Below are positions 53,211-62,310 of a DNA stretch of 64,000 nt, piece by piece. The DNA is taken from IMG/VR virus record IMGVR_UViG_3300037297_000066, positions 186,001 to 250,000 of that record. One strand, given 5' to 3'. A program made the position numbers and the translations under genes. The first letter of the stretch is position 1; every line of letters starts with the position of its first letter. Under the pieces are notes generated by a model, which was not told the origin of the DNA, searched no databases, and saw nothing but the letters and a program-made list of their open reading frames with translations.

Positions 53211-53657
53211 CTAAGCTGGCAGCTCTGGAAGCCGGGCTTTCCAGGATTCTCTTAGAGCTTGTCTGCGATCGTTAACGAACTGCTGCAGTTCTCTGTCTAG
53301 CTGTTTGAACTGAGTGATCCTCATTCGAAGGATCCGAGCCGTTCCTGACTCAGTGTCGTAGAGAGCTACCCCGAACCGAAGATTTTTCGGATTATCGGCT
53401 AGGACGGCGTTGTCTTGACCCAAAGCCTCTAGGTAGGCATCAAGGTCAACATCTTCGACTGAAGGAGAAAGTTCCTTCCCAAGGAAGGGCCAGACGACGC
53501 GAAGGCTTTCCTCATCCTCGGGCTTCCCGCGGAAACCCACGTAGCCGAGACAAGCCCGTTCAGGCTCATCTGCTGAAACTACAGACCATCCTTCTGCTCG
53601 CAGCCTGGCCGCTTCCTGCAGGAGGCTCTCCCCGCTGGATACGATTCTAATCTCCAT
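53211..53657 (-). CDS. Hypothetical protein
   Basis: 148-aa ORF. Confidence 0.7.
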   Translation of the reverse strand: MEIRIVSSGESLLQEAARLRAEGWSVVSADEPERACLGYVGFRGKPEDEESLRVVWPFLGKELSPSVEDVDLDAYLEALGQDNAVLADNPKNLRFGVALYDTESGTARILRMRITQFKQLDRELQQFVNDRRQALRESWKARLPELPA

Positions 53658-53687
53658 AGTATCTATGGAGATTTCACAAATAGATCC

Positions 53688-54332
53688 TCAAAGGCGGGGA
53701 GCAACCCCTAGAGCTTTTCGTTCTTCGGGGGTTAGCTTTTGGAGGCCCGAGGCTTGGAGTTCCCGTCTCTTTTGAGTCTCTTCCGATGCGTAGTCATCCC
53801 CGATCTCGAATTTGAAAGAGGGTTGCCGAGAGTCGAAGATTGACACAGTACCGTCTCCCCAAACCATGATGGTCCAGTGCTGAATCTCTCCCTTCCCTTC
53901 CCCGATCTCGTACTTGAGATAGTCTTCAGCGACACGAAGCTTTGTGAACACTCCTAGGGCCTCGTAGCCCCCTTTGGGAGTCACCACGTAACCTGTGACG
54001 ACGTGTCCTTGACTTTGGGGGTGACGGAACTTCATGCTTTCCCTCTTTCTGCGGTTTTCCGCTCTTCGCCTACGTCGTTTAGCAGTTCGAGAATACTGCT
54101 TGTAGTCAGAAATCCCACTGAACACAATCTCTTGTTCGGTATGTGGGGTCTTCCCAACGGGCCCCCGAACGATGACATCGTCTAGCTTGCCCCACGGACG
54201 AAGGGCCTCTTCATCCAGGGAGCGTTGTTTGACGATACCCACGGCTTCAGTGATGTTGTTTGCTTGCAGGTAGCCGGTGTGTTCAGTGCCGGCACACCCG
54301 GCGCTACTGGAGACGATTTGATACTTTGGCAT
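53688..54332 (-). CDS. Hypothetical protein (possible two-gene fusion)
   Basis: Internal M after a basic tract; ends LQKLTPEERKALG. Confidence 0.7.
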   Translation of the reverse strand: MPKYQIVSSSAGCAGTEHTGYLQANNITEAVGIVKQRSLDEEALRPWGKLDDVIVRGPVGKTPHTEQEIVFSGISDYKQYSRTAKRRRRRAENRRKRESMKFRHPQSQGHVVTGYVVTPKGGYEALGVFTKLRVAEDYLKYEIGEGKGEIQHWTIMVWGDGTVSIFDSRQPSFKFEIGDDYASEETQKRRELQASGLQKLTPEERKALGVAPRL

Positions 54333-54598
54333 CAGGCCCTCTGGTTGTGTCGCTTGAGACGGCGGCGTTCTCGCTTGGAAAGGAAGGGCTCCACTTCCAG
54401 GTCCCTGCAGGTGAAGGTCTTCCCTTGGTTTGGACAGCTGGCCCCATGGCCTTTTTCGAACCTAGGATGGTAGTACTCTCCTCTCCCACTACAAGGTTCA
54501 AGGTCTCTCATGATAACCCCGCAGCCTTTGCAGACAGCCCTTCGGTAGACACCGTGGGGCCCATCGGGGAAGTTCTGCCCTCGGTTGAGCGTGTCCAT
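54332..54598 (-). CDS. Small Zn-binding protein
   Basis: CKGC..H..C; class-B start. Confidence 0.7.
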   Translation of the reverse strand: MDTLNRGQNFPDGPHGVYRRAVCKGCGVIMRDLEPCSGRGEYYHPRFEKGHGASCPNQGKTFTCRDLEVEPFLSKRERRRLKRHNQRA

Positions 54599-54606
54599 CC
54601 TCCTCA

Positions 54607-54629
54607 CCATACACCAACTGGTGTATGGT
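54607..54629. promoter_or_regulatory. Back-to-back class-B promoters
   Basis: ACCATACACC-aact-GGTGTATGGT. Confidence 0.75.
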
Positions 54630-54634
54630 GTACC

Positions 54635-55150
54635 ATGCTCAAGAACTTTCCCGTAATGGAACTCTCGGAAGCGATAGAGAACATCGGCGTGGCAGCCAAG
54701 GTCAAGGCAGAGCCTGGTTGGTACACTGTAATTGGGCTGCCCCTGACTGAGGAAGATTCTGAAGTCCTTACCGAAGAAGGGAAGAAGGCCGACACGCAGT
54801 TGTTAGTCTTCGAGATCAAGGAATGGGGCCTGCCCAATCCTCTCATTCGTCCAGAAACCACGGTCCCCAAGCCTGACCTTTCTCTGTTTGGCCTTGAAAA
54901 GATGGAAGTCACTCCGGATCTGGTGAAGCTGACCATGAAAAACCTTCCGGCGTGGTTGCCTCTTCACCCAAACGATTCCTCGAAGTTCCTTGCTCCTTTG
55001 CTGACCGTTGCGATCTACTCTCCTGGGGAGGTAGCGAGTGCTGAAGAAGCCTTGGCCCGAACTCAAAAGTCGCTGAAGGCAGCGACTGAAGGCTTGAAGG
55101 CAGAGGACTCTACAGGAGATCTGTTCGGGGACTTGTTCAGGAGGGGCTGA
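54635..55150 (+). CDS. Hypothetical protein
   Basis: Class-B start. Confidence 0.75.
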   Translation: MLKNFPVMELSEAIENIGVAAKVKAEPGWYTVIGLPLTEEDSEVLTEEGKKADTQLLVFEIKEWGLPNPLIRPETTVPKPDLSLFGLEKMEVTPDLVKLTMKNLPAWLPLHPNDSSKFLAPLLTVAIYSPGEVASAEEALARTQKSLKAATEGLKAEDSTGDLFGDLFRRG

Positions 55151-55452
55151 TGGGCTGGGCTTCTGCTCACATAGCCTCTCTCCAAGAAGGCAAGACCGTG
55201 TCCTTTCGGCCCCGGGGAAACTCGATGGCTCCTCGAATCAGGTCGGGTCAGCTCTGTACCGTGGAGCCCGTGGAGCCCGATGCAATCCGGAAGGGGGACA
55301 TCGTCCTGTGCAAGGTCAGGGGCTCGGAATACCTGCATCTGGTAAAATCAGTCCAGGGGCGCCGCTTCCTCATCGGGAACAACCGAGGAGGTATCAACGG
55401 ATGGATTGGTTCTACCAGTGTATTTGGCCGGCTGACCAAAGTGGAGACGTAG
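55150..55452 (+). CDS. S24/S26 peptidase-like protein
   Basis: GNSMAP.I.SG, GDIVL, YLHLV, GNN. Confidence 0.75.
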   Translation: MGWASAHIASLQEGKTVSFRPRGNSMAPRIRSGQLCTVEPVEPDAIRKGDIVLCKVRGSEYLHLVKSVQGRRFLIGNNRGGINGWIGSTSVFGRLTKVET

Positions 55453-55552
55453 GTATCCGTCGAACTCTCCTCTCGAACAAGCCTCTACCTAGCATGAGCT
55501 GCCGTGGGCTACTTGTTGCATTTTTTCTTCCTGAATGGTGTAGGATTTCTTC

Positions 55553-56299
55553 GTGAGCCTCCCTGATCTGAGAGTAGAGAAAGCCTACATCCTCCACCGG
55601 GAAGACTACCCCATCAACGCTGTGGCCAGTACGGCCTTGCACGGTTTCCAGGAGCTGGGGATTGAGACGGCCCCCATCCACGGATTTGGGGACATCCAGG
55701 AGCTAACAGACCTGGGGCCCACTGTGATGGTGGAAGGGTGGCTCCAAACCGTCTGGGAGGCCCTGGAGAGGGTGGGTATCAAACCCCCTCCTCCCCTCGA
55801 CTACCCAGAGGAGCTGAGACCATTTCTAGGGAGAGATCTCTGGAAGGATACTCTGGGGAACGTCCGACGAGGAGTTCAGAAGGTCTTCGTCAAACCTGTG
55901 AAGGCCAAACTTTTCACCGGAGTCATATGGGACGGGGGCTGGGAAGCTCGTCGAAGAACAGTGACTTGCGACGACTCCACCGAGGTCTGGGTAGCCTCTA
56001 CTCTTGAGTTCAAGGCTGAGTTTCGGGCCTTTGTTCTGGATGGCCGGTTGCTGGATGTACGGAGGTACAAGGGGGATTGGTGGCACTCGCCTTCTCGAAA
56101 GGTGGTCGAGGCCGCCGTGAAACGCTACAAATCTGCCCCACGAGCCTATTGCCTAGATTTCGGCGTGACGAAAGACCGGTTCACCTGTCTGGTGGAAGCC
56201 AATGACGGATACGCCTTCGGGCACTACGGACTGCACCACGTCCTTCTGGCCAGGATGCTAGCTGCCAGGTGGGAGGAACTCACCAATTCACTTGTGTAG
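55553..56299 (+). CDS. ATP-grasp domain protein (DUF4343/R2K-like)
   Basis: DYPEEL..LGR, FVKP..KLFTG, EFR.FV, DFG, LVEAND. Confidence 0.85.
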   Translation: MSLPDLRVEKAYILHREDYPINAVASTALHGFQELGIETAPIHGFGDIQELTDLGPTVMVEGWLQTVWEALERVGIKPPPPLDYPEELRPFLGRDLWKDTLGNVRRGVQKVFVKPVKAKLFTGVIWDGGWEARRRTVTCDDSTEVWVASTLEFKAEFRAFVLDGRLLDVRRYKGDWWHSPSRKVVEAAVKRYKSAPRAYCLDFGVTKDRFTCLVEANDGYAFGHYGLHHVLLARMLAARWEELTNSLV

Positions 56300-56395
56300 A
56301 CGGATAGGTAGGAGCGGCCGTCCCCGGGAGGTTGCTGTCTCCTGATGGCCAGTGCGCCAAGCCTCTCTGTCCCAGTGTGTTCCTCCCGGGGACCT

Positions 56396-56737
56396 TTACC
56401 CCTCAGGCCACGACCCACAATCGTAAAGCTCCTTTTCAGAAGCGTGTGGCGGGATCTTCCTCTTGGCGGAGAGTCCCCCATGCTCTTGGAAGAGCTTGCC
56501 GATAGGACAAGGCTTTCCTCGTTTGGGAAGGAAATCTGGGTCGTAGTTGGAGTTTCCGTAGATGTGGCAGGGGCTGCCCTTGAACCAGGACTCCCCGTGG
56601 ACGGCACAGCAGGCTTGAGAGCCCTCAAAGGATAGGTGGGGGCACTGACGTCCTTCGGGTTTCAGAACAGCCTTGTCTTCGATCCTAATGACGACGGCCA
56701 TGGTGATACAGCAGTTTCCGCAACGCTGGCAGATCAT
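56396..56737 (-). CDS. YkgJ-like CxxCxxCC protein
   Basis: CQRCGNCC..CPHL..CAVH. Confidence 0.8.
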   Translation of the reverse strand: MICQRCGNCCITMAVVIRIEDKAVLKPEGRQCPHLSFEGSQACCAVHGESWFKGSPCHIYGNSNYDPDFLPKRGKPCPIGKLFQEHGGLSAKRKIPPHASEKELYDCGSWPEG

Positions 56738-56800
56738 AGGCAAGTCTCCTGAGGCAGATACTCTACCCTACCGTACACCACTTGGTGTATGGTCCCTCCT

Positions 56801-57091
56801 ATGAAACGGTACTTGCTGCTGCTGTGCCTTCTGGCGTTGGGGTGCGAGGAGCGGGTTGTTACCAAAGCTGACACAGCTGCTTCAGCTTCAGCCGTGATTT
56901 CAGCTTCTGCACAACCACAGGTTTCCAAGGCTCCACCCCCTCCCCCTTGTATGGATACCCTCTACAATTTGGCCAACTACAAGTCCATCCAATGCAGCTC
57001 GAACCAAACTATGGGGGTTCCTGCCAACGGAGTGGTAGTATGCAGGTGCAAGGAACAACCGTATCCAACCGGAGAGGACGCTCTAGAATGA
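56801..57091 (+). CDS. Cys-rich lipoprotein 1
   Basis: LALGC lipobox; C.D..C..Q..CRC. Confidence 0.85.
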   Translation: MKRYLLLLCLLALGCEERVVTKADTAASASAVISASAQPQVSKAPPPPPCMDTLYNLANYKSIQCSSNQTMGVPANGVVVCRCKEQPYPTGEDALE

Positions 57092-57327
57092 AAGCTCTAC
57101 TGTTCTTGGTTGCTTTGACACTCCTGGGGTGCGAGTACTCCCCTGGGAACAATGAAAAGGAGAAGCCTTGCCAGGATGCCCTCATCAAATTGGACTCTTG
57201 GACGGTATCTGCTGTCGTTTGCCGGGACAACCAAGAGATGAAGATCTTGGATCAAGAACGAGTCCTCTGCATGTGCAAGGATTCGAAGAGCCTGGTCTCC
57301 TCTTCCAAGGAGCTCGAAGCCAAATGA
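57088..57327 (+). CDS. Cys-rich lipoprotein 2
   Basis: LLGC; same Cys pattern; ATGA overlap. Confidence 0.85.
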   Translation: MKALLFLVALTLLGCEYSPGNNEKEKPCQDALIKLDSWTVSAVVCRDNQEMKILDQERVLCMCKDSKSLVSSSKELEAK

Positions 57328-57617
57328 AAGCTCTGCTACTCCTGGTTACTTTGTTTGTCTGGGGATGCGAAGCCTCATCCTCCATCAAAGGTTCCGAAGA
57401 CAAGTGCAAAGACTCAGTCATCAAGCTTGCTACTATAGGCGGCCAAACCAGGGAGTGCCAACCTGGTCAACAGATCGAGAAGGTGAACGACAACACCTTT
57501 TTGTGCCGTTGCAAGACTCCTGCTTCTGTCCAAGCGGTTGGGGTCCCTGCTCCTGTCCAAGCGGTTGTTGCTGAACCAGCTCCTGAACCTGCTGAAGAGG
57601 AAGGCGGCTTGGAGTAG
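57324..57617 (+). CDS. Cys-rich lipoprotein 3
   Basis: VWGC; same Cys pattern; ATGA overlap. Confidence 0.85.
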   Translation: MKALLLLVTLFVWGCEASSSIKGSEDKCKDSVIKLATIGGQTRECQPGQQIEKVNDNTFLCRCKTPASVQAVGVPAPVQAVVAEPAPEPAEEEGGLE

Positions 57618-57627
57618 GGTCCTAAGC

Positions 57628-58386
57628 GTGTACTGGTTGAGCCTTGACTGGGACTTCTTCTGTCGGGAAGAGTCGGAGTGGGACTGGGGCCACGCCGAAA
57701 CGGACTTGTTCCAGACAGCTGTGTGGGAGATCCGAGCCGCACAACTAGAAAACCCTCGCAAGACTACAGCTCTCCTTCCGTACCCAAAGCCTTTTCTCAA
57801 GCGACTGGCTGCTCATCTCGACTTCGAGGGATGTCGGTTCCTCCAGGCAGCTGACAGCCACAAATACGCTTTTCGTACCTTCGAAGAAGCCTACGAGGGG
57901 ACCATCCTTCAGATAGATGCCCACCACGACATTGCCTACAGCGCCCGGGACACGGTGGACCCGAACAAAGTGGACTGCTCTAACTGGTTAATCCAGAGAC
58001 TGGCCAGTAGACCAAACCTCAAGCTCGTAGTGGTGTACCCTCCTTGGAAAGGGCTTAGGGAGGCCGCCGACATCCATCGGTTGGTACCCCAGGAAATCCT
58101 GTCTAGGGTGGAGTTTCGGGTATGGCCTAATTTGCCGCCACCAGGAACTGTCTCTGGAGCGTTTTGCTGTCGTTCAGGAGGCTGGGCTCCCCCCTGGCAT
58201 GATAGGGCCTTCACGAGGTTCCTAGCCGGGCTAGAAGAGGTGTGTGGGTGTAGCCGGCAGATGGTTCAGGAGCTCCCCGTCCGGAAGTTCTCCTGGAAGA
58301 GGGTCAAGGCCCTTGCTGGGGGAATAGCCTCCTTGAAAGACCCCACTTCCACGGCCCGGGACCGAATCTTAGAGGGTGTAGTGTAG
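57628..58386 (+). CDS. Arginase/UPF0489-like metallohydrolase
   Basis: SLDWDFF, DSH, IDAHHD, CSNW. Confidence 0.7.
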   Translation: MYWLSLDWDFFCREESEWDWGHAETDLFQTAVWEIRAAQLENPRKTTALLPYPKPFLKRLAAHLDFEGCRFLQAADSHKYAFRTFEEAYEGTILQIDAHHDIAYSARDTVDPNKVDCSNWLIQRLASRPNLKLVVVYPPWKGLREAADIHRLVPQEILSRVEFRVWPNLPPPGTVSGAFCCRSGGWAPPWHDRAFTRFLAGLEEVCGCSRQMVQELPVRKFSWKRVKALAGGIASLKDPTSTARDRILEGVV

Positions 58387-58410
58387 AGCGTTGCTCTGGT
58401 AGAGTGGGCC

Positions 58411-59340
58411 ATGGCCAACTATCCTTTCAAGTCTGCCAGAGACGCTCTCCTGAGGGCCTCGGAGAAAGCGAAGTCCAGCCACCCGGAAATAGACACTCCG
58501 TTGTCTCGGGAAGATATCGCTCTTTTGCTCCAGCACATGCGGCCCCCGTGCAAGCTCCATGGTCTGTGCTCTGGGGAACTCGAAGATGTGCCTCCAGCCA
58601 CACGGGCGTTCTACCTTCCGGAGACGGGACACACCTGGTACTTCTGTGATGAGTGCGACTTCGACGATGAGCATTTCGAAGATCACAGAGAGGAGTTGGA
58701 AGTCTGTTACGGAAAGTGGCCGCCTGCTTTCTTGGTCACTGACCTGCCGTGGGCAGATGCGATTCGCAGAGCTCAGAAGGCTCTGGATCCTGAGGGATGG
58801 TTCGAGAAGCAACGACAAGCCTATCTCAAGAACCAGCAGTACTTGGAGAGCATGAAAGACTGGCCGGAAACAACCGACCTTCAAGTTTCCGTTCGGCAAG
58901 CCTTTCTCTCTCTGGCCCATGCGTTGAAGCCCTGGCTACCCCAAGCCAGTTACTGCCCTGCCACTACACACGTTCTAGACGATTACGAAACATGGCGGGA
59001 CCTTGGACTGGCCCAAGAGGTGGTTGAGGTGGAGAGTCGAATCCTTTTCCTGACCTCGAAGGACAACAAGGTAGGGGTAACCCTAACGCCTATTCACATC
59101 CTGAGAAAAGGACGGTTCTCCGCTATCCTGACCTTCAACATGTTTCCTAGTGCAGGATCCAAGTCGGAGATGAATCTTTCTTGGAGGCAACAGATCGTAG
59201 TGCGCCGAACAGACTCTCAGGCCATAATTGCAGAACTCCAAGGTAGTCGCTGGAAGGGAACGCCCCTAGCCGAGCTTCTCAGAAAGGATCTGGCCCAATG
59301 TTTGTCAGAGACGGAACCAAGTACGGTGGCCCCGGACTGA
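58411..59340 (+). CDS. Hypothetical protein
   Basis: 309 aa; GGTAGAGT 5 nt before ATG. Confidence 0.8.
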   Translation: MANYPFKSARDALLRASEKAKSSHPEIDTPLSREDIALLLQHMRPPCKLHGLCSGELEDVPPATRAFYLPETGHTWYFCDECDFDDEHFEDHREELEVCYGKWPPAFLVTDLPWADAIRRAQKALDPEGWFEKQRQAYLKNQQYLESMKDWPETTDLQVSVRQAFLSLAHALKPWLPQASYCPATTHVLDDYETWRDLGLAQEVVEVESRILFLTSKDNKVGVTLTPIHILRKGRFSAILTFNMFPSAGSKSEMNLSWRQQIVVRRTDSQAIIAELQGSRWKGTPLAELLRKDLAQCLSETEPSTVAPD

Positions 59341-59544
59341 GCGAATGCTACCGCCCCTCGGAGGCTGACCCCGTCGTCGAGGTGGTGGTGGGTAAAGTCA
59401 GTTCCCGGCCTGACTACATGACAGTTTCTCAGTGTCGTCGTAGGCTCGACCAGGTCCTGGGGTTGCTGGAGTGGCACTCGAACGAGTTCGACGAGGATCA
59501 GCTCACATTCCTCAGGACCGAAGCTGACCATCTGAAGAAAGCGC

Positions 59545-59973
59545 TCAAACTCTGAGGGGCAAGTACCTTCGGAGTTCCTCGGGGGGATCCCACCAATCTT
59601 CTAGTTGAGGGGCTAGCTCTTCTTCGTACTTGGGATCGACATACCAGATTCCGAATCGAACCAGCCTTGGTTTGCCGGGGCCCAGGTAGAGAGGGCGTCT
59701 TATGGTCACCATGAGGACACCCGTTTTGCGTCGTAGTTTCTTGGCGACCTTTTTGATGTCTCCACGGACGTGAGTAACCGGTGCCTGTAACATGTGAGGG
59801 GCCACCCTCAAGAACCCGACAGGGCGCCAGCAAAGCTTCTTAGGCTCTTCAGGATAGAGCTGATGTCCACAAGTTTTGCAGCGTTTGACCAGGTTTGCCC
59901 ACATCATACTCTCCGGCGGACAGTCCGTTACTACATGGGCAGCATCAGAAACCTTGTCGTAGTAGACTCGCAT
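59545..59973 (-). CDS. Hypothetical protein
   Basis: ATG 6 nt after GTGTATAAT. Confidence 0.75.
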   Translation of the reverse strand: MRVYYDKVSDAAHVVTDCPPESMMWANLVKRCKTCGHQLYPEEPKKLCWRPVGFLRVAPHMLQAPVTHVRGDIKKVAKKLRRKTGVLMVTIRRPLYLGPGKPRLVRFGIWYVDPKYEEELAPQLEDWWDPPEELRRYLPLRV

Positions 59974-59980
59974 GGCCGGA

Positions 59981-60301
59981 TTATACACTAGTACGAGCGA
60001 CGAGGCCCTCTGCCACCAAGGCATCTAGCAGCAGGGACATGTGACCGCTTTCCTTGTTGTCCCATTCGCAGACGATCTCACAGCCTTGGAACACTCCGTT
60101 TGCTCGAAGACGTTTGACCCGGGGCCTCACAACCGTGTCTCGGTTCAAGCCCAGGAAACGAGCAATCCTGTCAGCGTTGGGGCCCACCTGAAGGGAGGCC
60201 AACAAGATTCTGACGCTGTCCTTCACGGGGAAGTTGTCTTCAGAGAAGAAGGGATCCTGAAGAATCCTCTCAATCTCCTGCAATGTCTGCTCTTTGCTCA
60301 C
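59981..60301 (-). CDS. HTH-like protein
   Basis: RIARFLGLNR..RLRANGV; class-B start. Confidence 0.7.
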   Translation of the reverse strand: MSKEQTLQEIERILQDPFFSEDNFPVKDSVRILLASLQVGPNADRIARFLGLNRDTVVRPRVKRLRANGVFQGCEIVCEWDNKESGHMSLLLDALVAEGLVARTSV

Positions 60302-60356
60302 GCCCTACCATACACCAGTTGGTGTACAGTAGGCACATGGCTCTTGGAGAAGGTTC

Positions 60357-60827
60357 GTGATCATTCGAGTCAAGCGTTTCCGGGGAGAGCCTGCTGTGTG
60401 GAGGGTAATACCCGTTTGGGATGAGTGCCCTCAGTCTTTGGTGTTGGCCACCCCCATTGACAACACTGTCAGTGATTACAACGGGATAATGGTCAGCTCA
60501 GGCCCCGAGGGCGTTCTCAACGAACCTGTAATCCTCAAACCGGATGATAATACCATATGGGAAGGGGACACATACGGGTTGTACTACCTCAGCTTGCAAA
60601 ACCAGAGCTGGTTCGTAACCGATGACGAATGGGATAGGTACGTTGTGGAGCTCCTGGCTTACAAAGGGTATCTCAAGATTGGCATGTTTTCTCACGGACA
60701 CGAGGCCCACAGGATGGAGGTGTGGTATCCTCTTCCCCAGAACTTTAGACCCGGAAAGCCCCTCCCCCATCAGGAAGTTCCCACCAGTTGGGAACGCTTG
60801 CTCAATGTACCAAGAGTGGATCACTAG
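60357..60827 (+). CDS. Hypothetical protein, C-terminal PTSWERL
   Basis: Coupled to a 7-codon leaderless uORF (60337-60360). Confidence 0.7.
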   Translation: MIIRVKRFRGEPAVWRVIPVWDECPQSLVLATPIDNTVSDYNGIMVSSGPEGVLNEPVILKPDDNTIWEGDTYGLYYLSLQNQSWFVTDDEWDRYVVELLAYKGYLKIGMFSHGHEAHRMEVWYPLPQNFRPGKPLPHQEVPTSWERLLNVPRVDH

Positions 60828-60846
60828 GTGGAGAGCTAACTCTCCG

Positions 60847-61104
60847 ATGGCTCAAGGGAGCTGCAGGTCGGCAGCTCTGAAGATGGCAGCCGCCTTTCCG
60901 GAGCTACGAGTAGCTCAAGGATGGGTAAGCATCCCCGCCGTCAATGGCCTGTCTCGGTTGCAGCCCATCCCGGGGGCAATCATGGTGGTGGGGCAGAAAG
61001 CCAGGGCCACTCATTGGTGGTGTGTGGCTCCCGACGGAAGCGTGTGGGACCCAACTGGTGATCAGTTCACCCTGATCTACGAGTACATCGAAGCCAAGCC
61101 ATGA
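60847..61104 (+). CDS. Minimal papain/transglutaminase-like protein
   Basis: Cys (GSC), His (HWW), Asp (DPT..QF) in triad order. Confidence 0.6.
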   Translation: MAQGSCRSAALKMAAAFPELRVAQGWVSIPAVNGLSRLQPIPGAIMVVGQKARATHWWCVAPDGSVWDPTGDQFTLIYEYIEAKP

Positions 61105-61316
61105 CCTGGTCTTGCCCGACCTGTGGAGCTCGGCACAACGATCCTCCCATCTGGGTAGTCCCGGTAGCCTTTGTTGGGGACCATCGTTCCATCTTCTACT
61201 GCTGTCAGTGTGATGCCCAGATCTGTATCCGTTGCTACGTGGAGCACACTGAGAAACAACACCCAAGACGATTCACCAGTTGGTTGGGACAAGACCGGAA
61301 GCGCCGGAAGTTCTAG
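61101..61316 (+). CDS. Zn-finger protein
   Basis: CPTC, CCQC, CIRC..H..H. Confidence 0.7.
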   Translation: MTWSCPTCGARHNDPPIWVVPVAFVGDHRSIFYCCQCDAQICIRCYVEHTEKQHPRRFTSWLGQDRKRRKF

Positions 61317-62257
61317 GTCCTCCAGCTCGGAGGGAACTCGCTTTGTCCCCGAAGGAGATTCTGGTCTAGCTCAACGAGCTCCAGGTAGTCCTCTACGGTG
61401 TCGAACTCTTTCATTGCGTCGGGACCGTAGTAGGCCCCCGCCAGAGCTCCCGTGATGGCGGCATTGGTGTCAGTGTCCCCTCCTCCATGCACGGCCATGT
61501 GGACGGCATCCTTGAAGCTCTCTGTAGCCAGGAAGCAGTAAAAGGCGGCCGGCACTGATTCCGTGACACAAGCCCCCGTTCCCATGTCTATTAAAGTGGC
61601 CAAAGAGGACTCCTTACGAGCCTTTATGGCCGCTGTTCGGACACCTTTGACCACTTTGTACAGGTGCTCGTTCTGCAGCTGGAAGGCTCTGGACACCAGG
61701 TGGTGGTCGAGCGTTTCCAACACGTAGGCCGGGACATCCTGTTTCTGGATCCCAAGCCGGGCGTAGAAGACTCCCAAGGCCACGATTGCCGCTCCGATCT
61801 TGGCCTCCATACTGTCGTGGGTCAAAGCTGAATCTTGGGAGGCTACTGCGATGATCTTGTTCGGGTCTCGGAAAAACATCCCAATGGGGGCGGCCCTCAT
61901 AGCAGATCCATTGCCTTTCGACCCTTTGATTCCTGGGTCAGGGTACCCTCGCAGTATCCGTCGAAGAGCGTGGTTGGTGGTGTCTCCGATCCCTCGGAGA
62001 TCTTTAGACTTGTACCACTCAAGGTAGCTCTGGCTGACCTCGTGGGGATCAAACTCGTTGCATTGCAACAAACTTTGAGCCAAGGCCCGAGCCATCTTGG
62101 TATCATCGGTCCACTGGCCAGCTTTCAAGTTAGCGTTGATGGGGCTGACGCTGTCTCGGAATCGCCCATCCCAGTTCATCAGGTTTTTGCCCGTGAAGTG
62201 GTGAGTCTCGAAGGGCATTCCGAGAGCATCCCCAATGGCTAGTCCGAGTACGCTCAT
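61313..62257 (-). CDS. ADP-ribosylglycohydrolase (DraG/ARH family)
   Basis: GDALG, WTDDT, GNGSAMR, TH, GGDTDTNAAITGALAGA; GAGGAG SD. Confidence 0.93.
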   Translation of the reverse strand: MSVLGLAIGDALGMPFETHHFTGKNLMNWDGRFRDSVSPINANLKAGQWTDDTKMARALAQSLLQCNEFDPHEVSQSYLEWYKSKDLRGIGDTTNHALRRILRGYPDPGIKGSKGNGSAMRAAPIGMFFRDPNKIIAVASQDSALTHDSMEAKIGAAIVALGVFYARLGIQKQDVPAYVLETLDHHLVSRAFQLQNEHLYKVVKGVRTAAIKARKESSLATLIDMGTGACVTESVPAAFYCFLATESFKDAVHMAVHGGGDTDTNAAITGALAGAYYGPDAMKEFDTVEDYLELVELDQNLLRGQSEFPPSWRT

Positions 62258-62310
62258 GGAAGACTCCTCAAAGTCGATCTCCAATTTTGTCAAACGGTGT
62301 ACAGTAAGGC

